Origin: Chlorobiota bacterium
GTDB lineage: Bacteria > Bacteroidota > Bacteroidia > Bacteroidales > Prolixibacteraceae
Length of the DNA: 59,035 nt
Reading direction: 5' to 3'
Assembly (NCBI GenBank): GCA_013152355.1
Contig: JAADGO010000079.1
Span: forward strand, 1 to 59,035
This document shows, piece after piece, positions 8,363-17,222 of the stretch (positions are counted from its first letter, which is position 1; the number at the start of each line of letters is the position of its first letter). Made by a program: the position numbers and the translations under genes. The notes beneath the pieces are model-generated. The model had not been told where the DNA came from, ran no database searches, and was given only the letters and a program-made list of their open reading frames with translations.

Positions 8363-10453
8363 TTGAAAATCTTATTCGATACGGAGCATTACCTTTTGTA
8401 TGTAATAGTTTGTTTAATCATTGCTGCAGGAATTACAGGTATTGTATACTACAGGAATAAAGAAACTGTTGAATTGGGGAAATGGCAAACAGGGCTGCTC
8501 CTTTTCCTCCGGTTCTCTTCTGTCTTCCTCCTGTCAGTTTTACTATTGTCGCCACTGGTAAAAACAATAAAACGTTTTGTGTATGCCCCGAAGGTTATCA
8601 TTGCATTTGATAATTCTTCGTCAATATTGGCGGTAAACGATTCAACAGGGCAAAAAGCAAAGGCCAACCAAATTTTAACTGAGCTAAACGCCGGGCTGAG
8701 GGAAAAATTCAGCCTTATAAATTATTCATTTGGAGAAGAGGCCAAATTAACCGGAAGCCTGCAATTGAATGAAAAAAAGTCGGATTACAGTGACTTAATC
8801 AATACCGTTTATAATAATCATTTTAATGAGAATGTTGGGGCACTGGTTGTTGTAGGCGATGGGATTTATAATAAAGGGGCTAATCCGTTGAACAGTATAC
8901 AAAAGCTTAATTTCCCGGTTTATACAGTTGGGCTGGGCGACACCAGTATCGTTAGTGATTCAAAAATCGCAGGGGTCCGCGTTAACCGGACAGCAATTTC
9001 GGGGAATCAGTTCCCCTTAGAAGTCGACCTTAGCTTTTCCAAGCCGGGTAACCGTAATGTAAGTTTTAAAATTTTCCATGGCAAGGAGCTTATAAAGAGC
9101 CGCATGATTAAACCAACCGGGGAAGATTATTTTACGACTGTAAAGATGGACATCCCGGCGGGGGAACCGGGATTACAGCATTATTCGGCAATTTTGGAAA
9201 GCCCTCCCGATGAACGGAATAAACAAAATAATATATCCCAGTTTGTAATAAATGTCCTTGAGGGCAAAGAACGGGTTTTGATCTTATCCGAAGGGCCGCA
9301 CCCCGATATGGGGGCTGTCAAAGAGGTACTTGAATCGCAGCATAATTACGATGTTTCACTTTTTACCAGTGAGCCTTACCCGGAAAATTTCAGCGATTTC
9401 AACCTGGTTATACTAAACCAGCTGCCATCATCGCAAAATACTACAGGCGAAATAATCAACGTCACAGCCAAAAGTAAAACCCCCCTGTTGTTTTTTACCG
9501 GGGGTAAAACGTACCTGCCCCAATTAAACCAACTGGGCCTGGGTGTGGAGATACTCCCTCAGGCGGGCAGTAAAGAGGAAGCTACGGCATTACTAAATAC
9601 AGGTTACGTTGCATTCAGGTATAGTGAAGAGTTAATCGAAATGGCCGGGAAATTCCCCCCTCTGCTGGTGCCATTTGCCAAATACGATATGGAGCCATCA
9701 TACAAAGTTTTATTTTACCAGGGCATTAAAAATATAGCAACCACCAGGCCTTTGTTTGCCACAGGCTTCCAGGGAGGGCGGAAAGTTGGTTTTGTATTTG
9801 GAGAGGGGATTTGGAGATGGAGGCTGTATAATTATTATTTCAATGAAAGCCACAGCCAGTTTAACGAGCTCATAAGCTCATTTATCCAATATTTGTCGTT
9901 ACGTGAAAATGAGGATAACTTTATTATTAACTATGAGCCAACCTATAATGAGACTGATTTAATTATTTTTAATGCAGAGGTTTATAATGAGTCATTTGAA
10001 CCTTTTAATGAACCTGAGGTTACTATTCAGATAAGAGACTCGGAAGGCAGCAATTATCAGTTTACCTTCGACAGGGCCGGGGAGTTTTACAGGCTTAATG
10101 CAGGCAACTGGCCGGTTGGCGACTACTCTTTCGAAGCGAAAGTAAAAATCGGGGAGGACGAATACACCGCAGACGGGAGTTTTTCTGTTGCCCCCTTAAA
10201 CATTGAAATGGCTGAAACCCGGGCTAATCACGGGCTGTTATATCAAATGGCTGTTCAAACCGGAGGTAATTTTTACCGTAATGATGAAATAAATACCCTG
10301 GTTGATGATATTATAAGTAATTCGAAGATTCATGCTGAAAGTTACTCACAGGCATCATTGAATGAAATAATAAACCTGAAATGGGCGTTCTACCTTTTAC
10401 TATTCCTTTTTGCATTGGAATGGTTTTTGAGAAAGCTCTGGGGAATTTATTAA
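8363..10453 (+). CDS. Large membrane protein with an N-terminal double-TM anchor, a VWA-like/amidotransferase-like ectodomain and a C-terminal TM (function unknown)
   Basis: 696-aa ORF with TM segments at both ends (LLYVIVCLIIAAGITGIVYY, LLLFLRFSSVFLLSVLLLSPL, ...AFYLLLFLFALEWFL). IIAFDNSSS and VVVGDGIYNKG resemble BatA-type VWA proteins. The start is a TTG in the track and no nearby ATG exists, so the start is uncertain. Confidence 0.6.
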   Translation: MKILFDTEHYLLYVIVCLIIAAGITGIVYYRNKETVELGKWQTGLLLFLRFSSVFLLSVLLLSPLVKTIKRFVYAPKVIIAFDNSSSILAVNDSTGQKAKANQILTELNAGLREKFSLINYSFGEEAKLTGSLQLNEKKSDYSDLINTVYNNHFNENVGALVVVGDGIYNKGANPLNSIQKLNFPVYTVGLGDTSIVSDSKIAGVRVNRTAISGNQFPLEVDLSFSKPGNRNVSFKIFHGKELIKSRMIKPTGEDYFTTVKMDIPAGEPGLQHYSAILESPPDERNKQNNISQFVINVLEGKERVLILSEGPHPDMGAVKEVLESQHNYDVSLFTSEPYPENFSDFNLVILNQLPSSQNTTGEIINVTAKSKTPLLFFTGGKTYLPQLNQLGLGVEILPQAGSKEEATALLNTGYVAFRYSEELIEMAGKFPPLLVPFAKYDMEPSYKVLFYQGIKNIATTRPLFATGFQGGRKVGFVFGEGIWRWRLYNYYFNESHSQFNELISSFIQYLSLRENEDNFIINYEPTYNETDLIIFNAEVYNESFEPFNEPEVTIQIRDSEGSNYQFTFDRAGEFYRLNAGNWPVGDYSFEAKVKIGEDEYTADGSFSVAPLNIEMAETRANHGLLYQMAVQTGGNFYRNDEINTLVDDIISNSKIHAESYSQASLNEIINLKWAFYLLLFLFALEWFLRKLWGIY

Positions 10454-10477
10454 GACGAAGAATATACAATTTTACTC

Positions 10478-11557
10478 ATGAAAACAAATAAAATTAAAAG
10501 TTTAACTTTTATCACTTTAAGCCTGCTTTTAATAATATTTGCAATATCCTGTACTTCAATATACAACGTCCAGGTTCAGGTTGCAGAACCGGCAAACGGT
10601 GAATTTTCAGATGATATTCAAAGCTTGTTACTGGTTAACCGTGCAGTTGACGGGCGTTTTATGGAATACAATGAAGATTCGCTTCAAAAAGTTTTTTACC
10701 TAAATAGATTCAATGTCGATACCACATTATACGATAGCATGTCGGCAGATACTTGTTTGCAAGCCCTGGGTGCACTGCTTTACGAATCGGGGAGGTACGA
10801 TATTATTATCCCTGAAGAAAGGTTTTTGCCTCATAAAAACAGTTTCTATTTCTCTGACGAGATGGATTGGGACGAGGTAACCCAGCTATGTACGGATTTT
10901 AATACCGATGTAGTTTTGTCGTTAGACTACTTTAATACACATGTAACTACCGAGTATAAAAAAGAAACATTGTTCGATAACATAGGGGAACGGTATTTCA
11001 AAGCTTATTATGCCAGTATGGCCATTGCTTACAATGCGCTGTTCAGGGTTTATGACCCCTTAAAGGAACAGGTAATAAAACGTTCTTTCATTAAAGACAC
11101 GTTGGTTTGGGAAGATGCTGATTTAAGCAACAGGGCTCTTTTCAGCCGGTTTACATCGGTTAAACAAGCCCTGGTAGAAGCCGGGATCTCGGTTGCACTG
11201 GATTATTCCGAACAAATTGCCCCTAAATGGTATACCCAATCGCGCAAATATTTTAATACCGGTGGGGAAAAGATGCTTCAGGCACATAAACTGGCATTAA
11301 AAAATGATTGGCAGGGGGCTATGAAAATCTGGAAAGAGGTTGCAGAAAGCCCGCCGTCAAAATCGTTAAAAAGCAAAGCTGAATTCAATATTGCATTGGC
11401 TTACGAATTAGAGGGCGACATTAACGAGGCTATAAGGTGGGGGCTAAAATCATACAGCACGCAGTACAGGAATATTACATATAATTATCTGAAGACACTG
11501 AAAAAAAGGAAAAGAGAGATAGAAAGCCGTAAACAGATAGTAAAGCGATATGAATAA
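10478..11557 (+). CDS. Lipoprotein with a C-terminal TPR-like module (paralog 1)
   Basis: Lipobox-like LLIIFAISC. The C-terminus W..A..IW.....KSKAEFNIALAYELEGDINEAIRW aligns with the next gene. Confidence 0.7.
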   Translation: MKTNKIKSLTFITLSLLLIIFAISCTSIYNVQVQVAEPANGEFSDDIQSLLLVNRAVDGRFMEYNEDSLQKVFYLNRFNVDTTLYDSMSADTCLQALGALLYESGRYDIIIPEERFLPHKNSFYFSDEMDWDEVTQLCTDFNTDVVLSLDYFNTHVTTEYKKETLFDNIGERYFKAYYASMAIAYNALFRVYDPLKEQVIKRSFIKDTLVWEDADLSNRALFSRFTSVKQALVEAGISVALDYSEQIAPKWYTQSRKYFNTGGEKMLQAHKLALKNDWQGAMKIWKEVAESPPSKSLKSKAEFNIALAYELEGDINEAIRWGLKSYSTQYRNITYNYLKTLKKRKREIESRKQIVKRYE

Positions 11558-12575
11558 GCTACTCCCCATACTGTTTTTGGTTTTAACCACTTTTTCCTGT
11601 ACGGTCTACAGGGAGTTTGCTATTGATGTGTACAAGCCCGGCCTTATCTCGTTGCCTTCGGATGTAAAAAATATCGCTATTCTAAGCCGTAACTTTAAAT
11701 TCGACAACGATACATTGCAGCATTATTACAAATCGGGGTATATATTAAGGAAAGACAAAAAGAATGCACATTTGAATATCGACAGTATTGCTGTTTCAAA
11801 TGCCCTACATGGGCTTGCTTCCGGGCTGGAAGAAAACGGTGCTTTCGAAAAAGTTGAATTGTTCCCTTATGGTTTAATAAAACCGCATCGCGGAGAAAGA
11901 ATGGCTCCATTCAGTAACAGTTTAATCAGGGAACTCTCAGATTTGGCGCAGGCCGATATTTTGATATCCCTTGAGGCTTTTTCTTATTTCTATTCTGAAT
12001 ACAACCTGCCTGACTTTGAAACACCCGGGAACGAGGTTATTACGGTAGGGATATGGAGTATTATAGACCCGGCAGAGATGAAAATCATTGAGCGTAAGTC
12101 GATGGTCGACACTGTATTTTGGGATGGTTATGGCGAAGGGGCGGACAACAAGAGGTATAAACTCCCACCAAGGATTACCAGCATAAAACTGGCTGCTGAA
12201 ATTGCAGGCGGGAATTATGCTAAAAGGCTTACGCCATCGTGGCATAAGGTATCGCGTATGTATGTGGTACCCCCGGTTGAGGACTTCCGCCTGGCAGCAG
12301 CATACCTCGAACAGGAGAAATGGGGGGATGCCATTCGTTATTGGGAAAAATATGCGCAAAAAAAATACGGCAAATTAGCAATAAATGCAAGCTACAACCT
12401 TGCCCTTGCATACGAAATGAAAGATGAGTTTGAAAAAGCACAGGAGTGGATTACTTATGCCTACCAGAGAGCCTTAGCACTTAAGAGCGGGGATGATTTG
12501 AAAATGATTATCCTGTATAAAAACATCCTGGATAAACGGCAGGAAGAACTGGAGAGCCTGAATCAGTCCGACTAA
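11550..12575 (+). CDS. Lipoprotein with a C-terminal TPR-like module (paralog 2)
   Basis: Lipobox-like LVLTTFSC. It overlaps the previous gene by 8 nt. The C-terminus WGDAIRYWEKYA...ASYNLALAYEMKDEFEKAQEW is homologous to paralog 1. Confidence 0.7.
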   Translation: MNKLLPILFLVLTTFSCTVYREFAIDVYKPGLISLPSDVKNIAILSRNFKFDNDTLQHYYKSGYILRKDKKNAHLNIDSIAVSNALHGLASGLEENGAFEKVELFPYGLIKPHRGERMAPFSNSLIRELSDLAQADILISLEAFSYFYSEYNLPDFETPGNEVITVGIWSIIDPAEMKIIERKSMVDTVFWDGYGEGADNKRYKLPPRITSIKLAAEIAGGNYAKRLTPSWHKVSRMYVVPPVEDFRLAAAYLEQEKWGDAIRYWEKYAQKKYGKLAINASYNLALAYEMKDEFEKAQEWITYAYQRALALKSGDDLKMIILYKNILDKRQEELESLNQSD

Positions 12576-12577
12576 AA

Positions 12578-13999
12578 TTACAGAAAGCCCTCCTGGCTTG
12601 ATTCCTGCACCAATGCCTCTATTTCTTCAGGTGTGATGGGTATCCGCTCCCCTAATATTTCACAGCCTTCCCCGGTAACCAGGAGGTTGTCTTCCAGCCT
12701 GACCCCGCCAAAATCGCGGTATTCGTTTACTTTACTGAAGTTTATAAAGCCGGTGTTTATTTTCTCTGACTGCCACTTGTCAATCAGTGCCGGGATAAAA
12801 TATATGCCCGGCTCATTTGTAATAACGAATCCCTCCTCCAGTTTCCTCCCTAACCTAAGGTAAGCGGTGCCAAACTGGCCTGCTGGCCGGGTTTCGTCAT
12901 CGTAGCCCACATAAATTTGCCCTAAATCCTCCATGTCGTGGACATCGAGCCCCATCATGTGGCCAAGCCCATGAGGGAAAAACATAGCATGTGCCCCGTT
13001 TCTAACAGCCTCTTTCACATCGCCTTTCATAAGCCCCAGCTCTTTCAGTCCCGAAGCAATTACCCCGGCTGCTGCCAAATGAACCGATAAATAAGTAACT
13101 CCAGGCTTTACCAGCTCCATTACTTTATTGTTGGCAGCTAGCACAATTTCATAAATTTCCTTTTGTTTTTGGGTGAATTTACCGCCAACCGGGGTTGTAC
13201 GGGTAAAATCTGAAGCATAATGCAGTGAGGTTTCAGCACCTGCATCGGTTAGCATCAGCCGCCCTTCCTGTAAAAAATTTGAATGGTCGTGGTTATGCAG
13301 TGTTTCACCATTTTGCGATAAGATTACCGGGAAAGAAACCATCCCTCCCCCCGCAACGGCAATACCTTCAACTACCCCTGCAATCTTTTGTTCCCAAACG
13401 CCTGGTTGTGCCATTTTCATAGCGGCTACATGCATGTCGTACCCTATTTTACAGGCTTTCCTTATTTCATTAACCTCAACAGGCTCCTTAACCGACCTCA
13501 GACTGACAATAGCTTTTATCAATTCAAGCGAAGCATACTCGGCAATACGAAAAGACGATATACCTAACAGCTCTTCCAGCAAAATTTTGTTTTCTGCACG
13601 GTAGGGCGGTAAAATATGGATCCTCCTTCCCTGCCCTATTGCCGATTTGACAAACTCAAATAGTTGTTTAAATGGCGCAGTATTGCTTATCCCGGCTTTA
13701 GCAGCTTTTTCGTGTAACGGCACCTGTGGCCCCATCCAGATAATATCCTCAATATCAACATCATCCCCAAATATATAATCTTTGCCTTCGTCAACATCAA
13801 TAACTCCCGCCATTCCGGGGTAGTCTAATCCGAAAAAATAGAGGAAATTACTATCCTGCCTGAAATGAAAAGTATTACCCGGGTAGTTCATTGGCGATTC
13901 GGTGTTTCCCAACAGAAGTACTACTCCACTTTTCAACTTCCTCATCAGTGCATTGCGCCTGTTTGTATAAGTACTTTCTTCGAACATATTGTGTGGCAT
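12578..13999 (-). CDS. pepP: Xaa-Pro aminopeptidase (M24B, aminopeptidase P family)
   Basis: 473-aa ORF with the M24 metal-ligand context (LTDAGAE...YASDFTRT, HGLGHMMGLDVHD, NEPGIY, VRLEDN). Confidence 0.85.
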   Translation of the reverse strand: MPHNMFEESTYTNRRNALMRKLKSGVVLLLGNTESPMNYPGNTFHFRQDSNFLYFFGLDYPGMAGVIDVDEGKDYIFGDDVDIEDIIWMGPQVPLHEKAAKAGISNTAPFKQLFEFVKSAIGQGRRIHILPPYRAENKILLEELLGISSFRIAEYASLELIKAIVSLRSVKEPVEVNEIRKACKIGYDMHVAAMKMAQPGVWEQKIAGVVEGIAVAGGGMVSFPVILSQNGETLHNHDHSNFLQEGRLMLTDAGAETSLHYASDFTRTTPVGGKFTQKQKEIYEIVLAANNKVMELVKPGVTYLSVHLAAAGVIASGLKELGLMKGDVKEAVRNGAHAMFFPHGLGHMMGLDVHDMEDLGQIYVGYDDETRPAGQFGTAYLRLGRKLEEGFVITNEPGIYFIPALIDKWQSEKINTGFINFSKVNEYRDFGGVRLEDNLLVTGEGCEILGERIPITPEEIEALVQESSQEGFL

Positions 14000-14015
14000 G
14001 ACTTTATTCTAAAAG

Positions 14016-14027
14016 ACTGTTTAAATA
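14016..14027 (+). repeat. AGACTGTTTAAA variant of the dispersed TGTTTAAA-type motif
   Basis: The same 12-mer recurs at 45208-45219 and 47972-47983. This copy lies just upstream of the pepP start. Confidence 0.5.
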
Positions 14028-14097
14028 CATTTTCTGATTTCATTTCAAATATAGGCCAAAGAAAAACGAAAAACAATTGAATAGTTTCCGTTTTTAC

Positions 14098-14110
14098 TTT
14101 AAACAACTTC
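14098..14110 (-). repeat. Dispersed intergenic 13-mer (top strand TTTAAACAACTTC, exact)
   Basis: Exact copy in the pepP/cytidylate-kinase-like divergent intergenic region. Confidence 0.8.
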
Positions 14111-14185
14111 CAAGAAAGGAAAAGCATGTTGCCCAAGGTATAACTTAACAGTACAAAAAAACGTATAAGGAGAAAACTGCCTGCC

Positions 14186-14902
14186 ATGGAAAATACATTA
14201 ATTGCATATATGAATAAACGCCTAACAAGAGAGGCTTCTTCCGGTAAAGGTGTTTATGAGCCCGGCCCTGTAATAACAATTTCCCGGGAAACCGGATGTA
14301 ATGGTTCAAACCTTGCCCGTAGCATTGCCAACCACCTTAACCAACGGAACCCATCAAAGCAATGGCGTGTATTAAGTAAAGAAATCTTCCATAAAAGTGC
14401 TGAAGAACTGAATGTTGACCTGGGTACAGTCACTAAGATATTCAAACAAACCGACAGGTATTTATTTGAAGAAATATTAAATGCATTTAGTAACAGGCAG
14501 TATAAAAGTGAAAAGATGATAATAAAAACCGTGGTTGACATACTCCGTACATTTGCGGAAGAGGGGAATTGTATCATTTTAGGGAGGGCGGGCCATATAA
14601 TTGCCAAAGATATTCAGCGGGCCTTGCATATCAGGGTAGTTGCTCCTTTCGAATACAGGTTAAAAGTAGTTATGAAGAAAAATAACTTAACCAGGGCCGA
14701 TGCTTTGATATTGATGCGCAAGATAGAGAATGAACGAATTGCGTTCAGGAAAGCCATCAACGAAGGCCTTTGCGAGGATAATTTTGACCTCACCCTGAAC
14801 AGGGCATCTTTTGACGACCATGCAATGATTGAACTGATAGATAAAGCGATAAGGGTAAAAAAAATATTGGTGTCGAAAAAACAAAAGTCCAAAATATCTT
14901 AA
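14186..14902 (+). CDS. Cytidylate kinase-like family protein (degenerate P-loop)
   Basis: 238-aa ORF. ITISRETGCNGSNLARSIA is the typical degenerate P-loop of the cytidylate-kinase-like family. Confidence 0.65.
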   Translation: MENTLIAYMNKRLTREASSGKGVYEPGPVITISRETGCNGSNLARSIANHLNQRNPSKQWRVLSKEIFHKSAEELNVDLGTVTKIFKQTDRYLFEEILNAFSNRQYKSEKMIIKTVVDILRTFAEEGNCIILGRAGHIIAKDIQRALHIRVVAPFEYRLKVVMKKNNLTRADALILMRKIENERIAFRKAINEGLCEDNFDLTLNRASFDDHAMIELIDKAIRVKKILVSKKQKSKIS

Positions 14903-15660
14903 AATAGTGTACGGGCAGGCTGAAAACCTTCTTTTAATGTATAGCCGGCCCAGTTAATTTGATGTTTATACTGTTCGAAACAATTTATCTCCCCATATAA
15001 GAAATCCGTTTCACGCCCCGGTTTATCGAAGCACATCATAGGGTGCATTGAGGCAACAGCCTTAATATTTTCCAGTTGCCTGGTATATTCAATTGCATGC
15101 GTGCCCCATAAAAACCAAACAATGCGATCGTTGAAGGTACTTATAAACCTGAAAAGCTGTAATGAGAAATCGCCCCATATAGATTTATGGCTCCCCGGTT
15201 TCCCTACTTCACACGTAAAATAGGTATTCAGCAGTAAAACACCCTGCCCTTCCCAGTTGCTGAATAACTTATCGGGAGGCAAAACAGGGAACTCATTATC
15301 GAACTTTGCTTTAAGCTCATTGTACTTAATTACCCTGCCAGAGTAAGCCTTGTATAACGACCGTAAGATATTTTTCAGTGAAATATTATTAAACGGTTCA
15401 TTCCACGATTTCAACGTCCCCACTTCGAACGCCCGCCCGGTAGCTACACCTTCCTGTGGGTATGGGTCCTGGCCCACTATGATAATTTTAACCGAACTAA
15501 GCGGGACCGATAAAAACCGCAGTACCTTTTCAGGAGCCGGCGTATATTTTGTTTTTGTTACTTCCTGTTCAATTTCTATAATCGCCCTCCTGATACCGCT
15601 GGTTAAAAAACCTTCCCAATCAGGGTTTATGCTTAACTCCTTCAGAAATAGTGGACTCAT
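14899..15660 (-). CDS. Uracil-DNA glycosylase superfamily protein (divergent UNG-like)
   Basis: IIIVGQDPYPQEGVATGRAFEV matches the UNG water-activating loop GQDPYH except for His to Pro. It overlaps the convergent upstream gene by 4 nt. Confidence 0.65.
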   Translation of the reverse strand: MSPLFLKELSINPDWEGFLTSGIRRAIIEIEQEVTKTKYTPAPEKVLRFLSVPLSSVKIIIVGQDPYPQEGVATGRAFEVGTLKSWNEPFNNISLKNILRSLYKAYSGRVIKYNELKAKFDNEFPVLPPDKLFSNWEGQGVLLLNTYFTCEVGKPGSHKSIWGDFSLQLFRFISTFNDRIVWFLWGTHAIEYTRQLENIKAVASMHPMMCFDKPGRETDFLYGEINCFEQYKHQINWAGYTLKEGFQPARTLF

Positions 15661-15686
15661 TCAAAGGTATTCTAATCATTATCAAA

Positions 15687-17156
15687 CTAACCTGTTATTT
15701 TCTTGGGGAGGCCGTTTAGCAGCACCTGTTTTTGGCTATGTGGTTTCGGCATAAACATATCCTGTGGTGTTAAACCGCATTCTTCAATCATTTGCAGGCA
15801 ATATTCAAGTTTCCCCAGTTCTCTTCCCGTATTATTTGTCCCGAAAGAAAATTTTACTCCAGCCTCTTTTGCCATTTTTATCATATCGGCTTTCGGGAGT
15901 TTGTAGCGGGCATTTATTTCCAGTGCAATATTATTTTCTGCCAATACCTTAATAACCCTTTCCTTACGGCTTTTGGTCCATAGCTGGTCGTAATCATCCT
16001 CGATTATGGCCGGCAAGACTGTGGGGTTCACATAAATATCAACCGGCTCCTGCGAAAAGATTGCCTCAATTTTACCAACCAGTTGCTCCATAAACTGCTC
16101 TTTGTCGTCAACCCAAACCTCTTCAGGAATCCAAATCCTGTTTCGGCGGCCTTTGTAGTCGGTAAATGTCATGGCATCGGTAAATACATAGTCGAACCGG
16201 GCAACAGCCTCCGGTGAGAATAATGTCACCCACTCACGCCCTTCGGCCTGCATCCCTTTATAAATTGGGAATCCATCGACACTCTCAATATAGGCAATCA
16301 ATGATGAATCGTTGGTGACAGGGAAGTGTAAACCGCAATTAGGGGCAATCCCGTAATTTATGCCTAATCTCTGAGAATTGCGTACCGCTTCTTCAATAGA
16401 CAAGCCTCCTTTTAAGTGGACGTGGTAGTCGATTAACGGAAACCCATTTGCCATCAATTTTGTAACTGTTGTATCCCAACCCTCATCAACCGGCATATCC
16501 TGCTTCTTGCCGGGTGGCAACCTCCTCACCTTGATATTTTTGAAATATACGGTACTGCTTCCTCCACTTGCCTGAAGTGCGAAACTCCCCTCGCCAAGCA
16601 AACGTTTCCCTTCGCCTTCGGCCCTCCATGGATGGTCCGGCTGAATATAATCAACTACTTTTGTGCCATTTACAAAAACCTCCACCTGATTCTCCACCAC
16701 TTTTATACGTATGTTAAACCATTCATTATCTTTCACAAACGGGTAATACACATTCCTGACCAGGCTAAGGCTGCCGGTTTTCCATAACTCACAATTATGG
16801 GCAGAATCTTTATATGAATTATTTATTTTTACCTCATAACCTGTTTCAGGCTTCCCCTGGTTTTGGACTTTCGTATGGAAGTAGATCCCTGAACCTGCCC
16901 CCGGTGCAGTTTTAACATCGGTATCCAGTTCAAAATTCTTGAACTGCCCGGCTTTGCCTGTATAATACAAAAAAGCCTGAGGGCCATGGGCAACAATCTG
17001 CCCTTCGTTGACTGTAAAACTAGCGGGGTTCTCAACAGCTTCCCACCCCGAAAGGGTTTCCCCATCAAAAAGTGTAGCCCATTTGTTATCTGCTGTTTGG
17101 CATGAGTTTAGGAAAATGCACAATACAGCAACTGATGATAGTTTAATAATTCCCAT
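15687..17156 (-). CDS. Exported fusion protein: N-terminal DUF1080 (3-keto-disaccharide hydrolase/LamG-like) plus a C-terminal metal-dependent hydrolase-like (PHP/amidohydrolase-like) domain
   Basis: Lipoprotein-like N-terminus (LCIFLNSC). WATLFDGETLSGWE...FKNFELDTDVK...YFKNIKVRRL is typical of DUF1080. The C-terminal half begins LIDYHVHLKGG. Confidence 0.6.
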   Translation of the reverse strand: MGIIKLSSVAVLCIFLNSCQTADNKWATLFDGETLSGWEAVENPASFTVNEGQIVAHGPQAFLYYTGKAGQFKNFELDTDVKTAPGAGSGIYFHTKVQNQGKPETGYEVKINNSYKDSAHNCELWKTGSLSLVRNVYYPFVKDNEWFNIRIKVVENQVEVFVNGTKVVDYIQPDHPWRAEGEGKRLLGEGSFALQASGGSSTVYFKNIKVRRLPPGKKQDMPVDEGWDTTVTKLMANGFPLIDYHVHLKGGLSIEEAVRNSQRLGINYGIAPNCGLHFPVTNDSSLIAYIESVDGFPIYKGMQAEGREWVTLFSPEAVARFDYVFTDAMTFTDYKGRRNRIWIPEEVWVDDKEQFMEQLVGKIEAIFSQEPVDIYVNPTVLPAIIEDDYDQLWTKSRKERVIKVLAENNIALEINARYKLPKADMIKMAKEAGVKFSFGTNNTGRELGKLEYCLQMIEECGLTPQDMFMPKPHSQKQVLLNGLPKKITG

Positions 17157-17222
17157 AAATACCGGTATTTTAGGGTTGCATGTTTTTGCAGCCCGCTATT
17201 TTCTCTCAAATCTAGTAATTTC

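Noticed and set aside
8236-8460. The 74-aa Cys-rich ORF upstream of and overlapping the 8363 gene
   Set aside because: It overlaps the start of the large membrane-protein gene in another frame and lies in AT-rich upstream DNA. There is no supporting signal.
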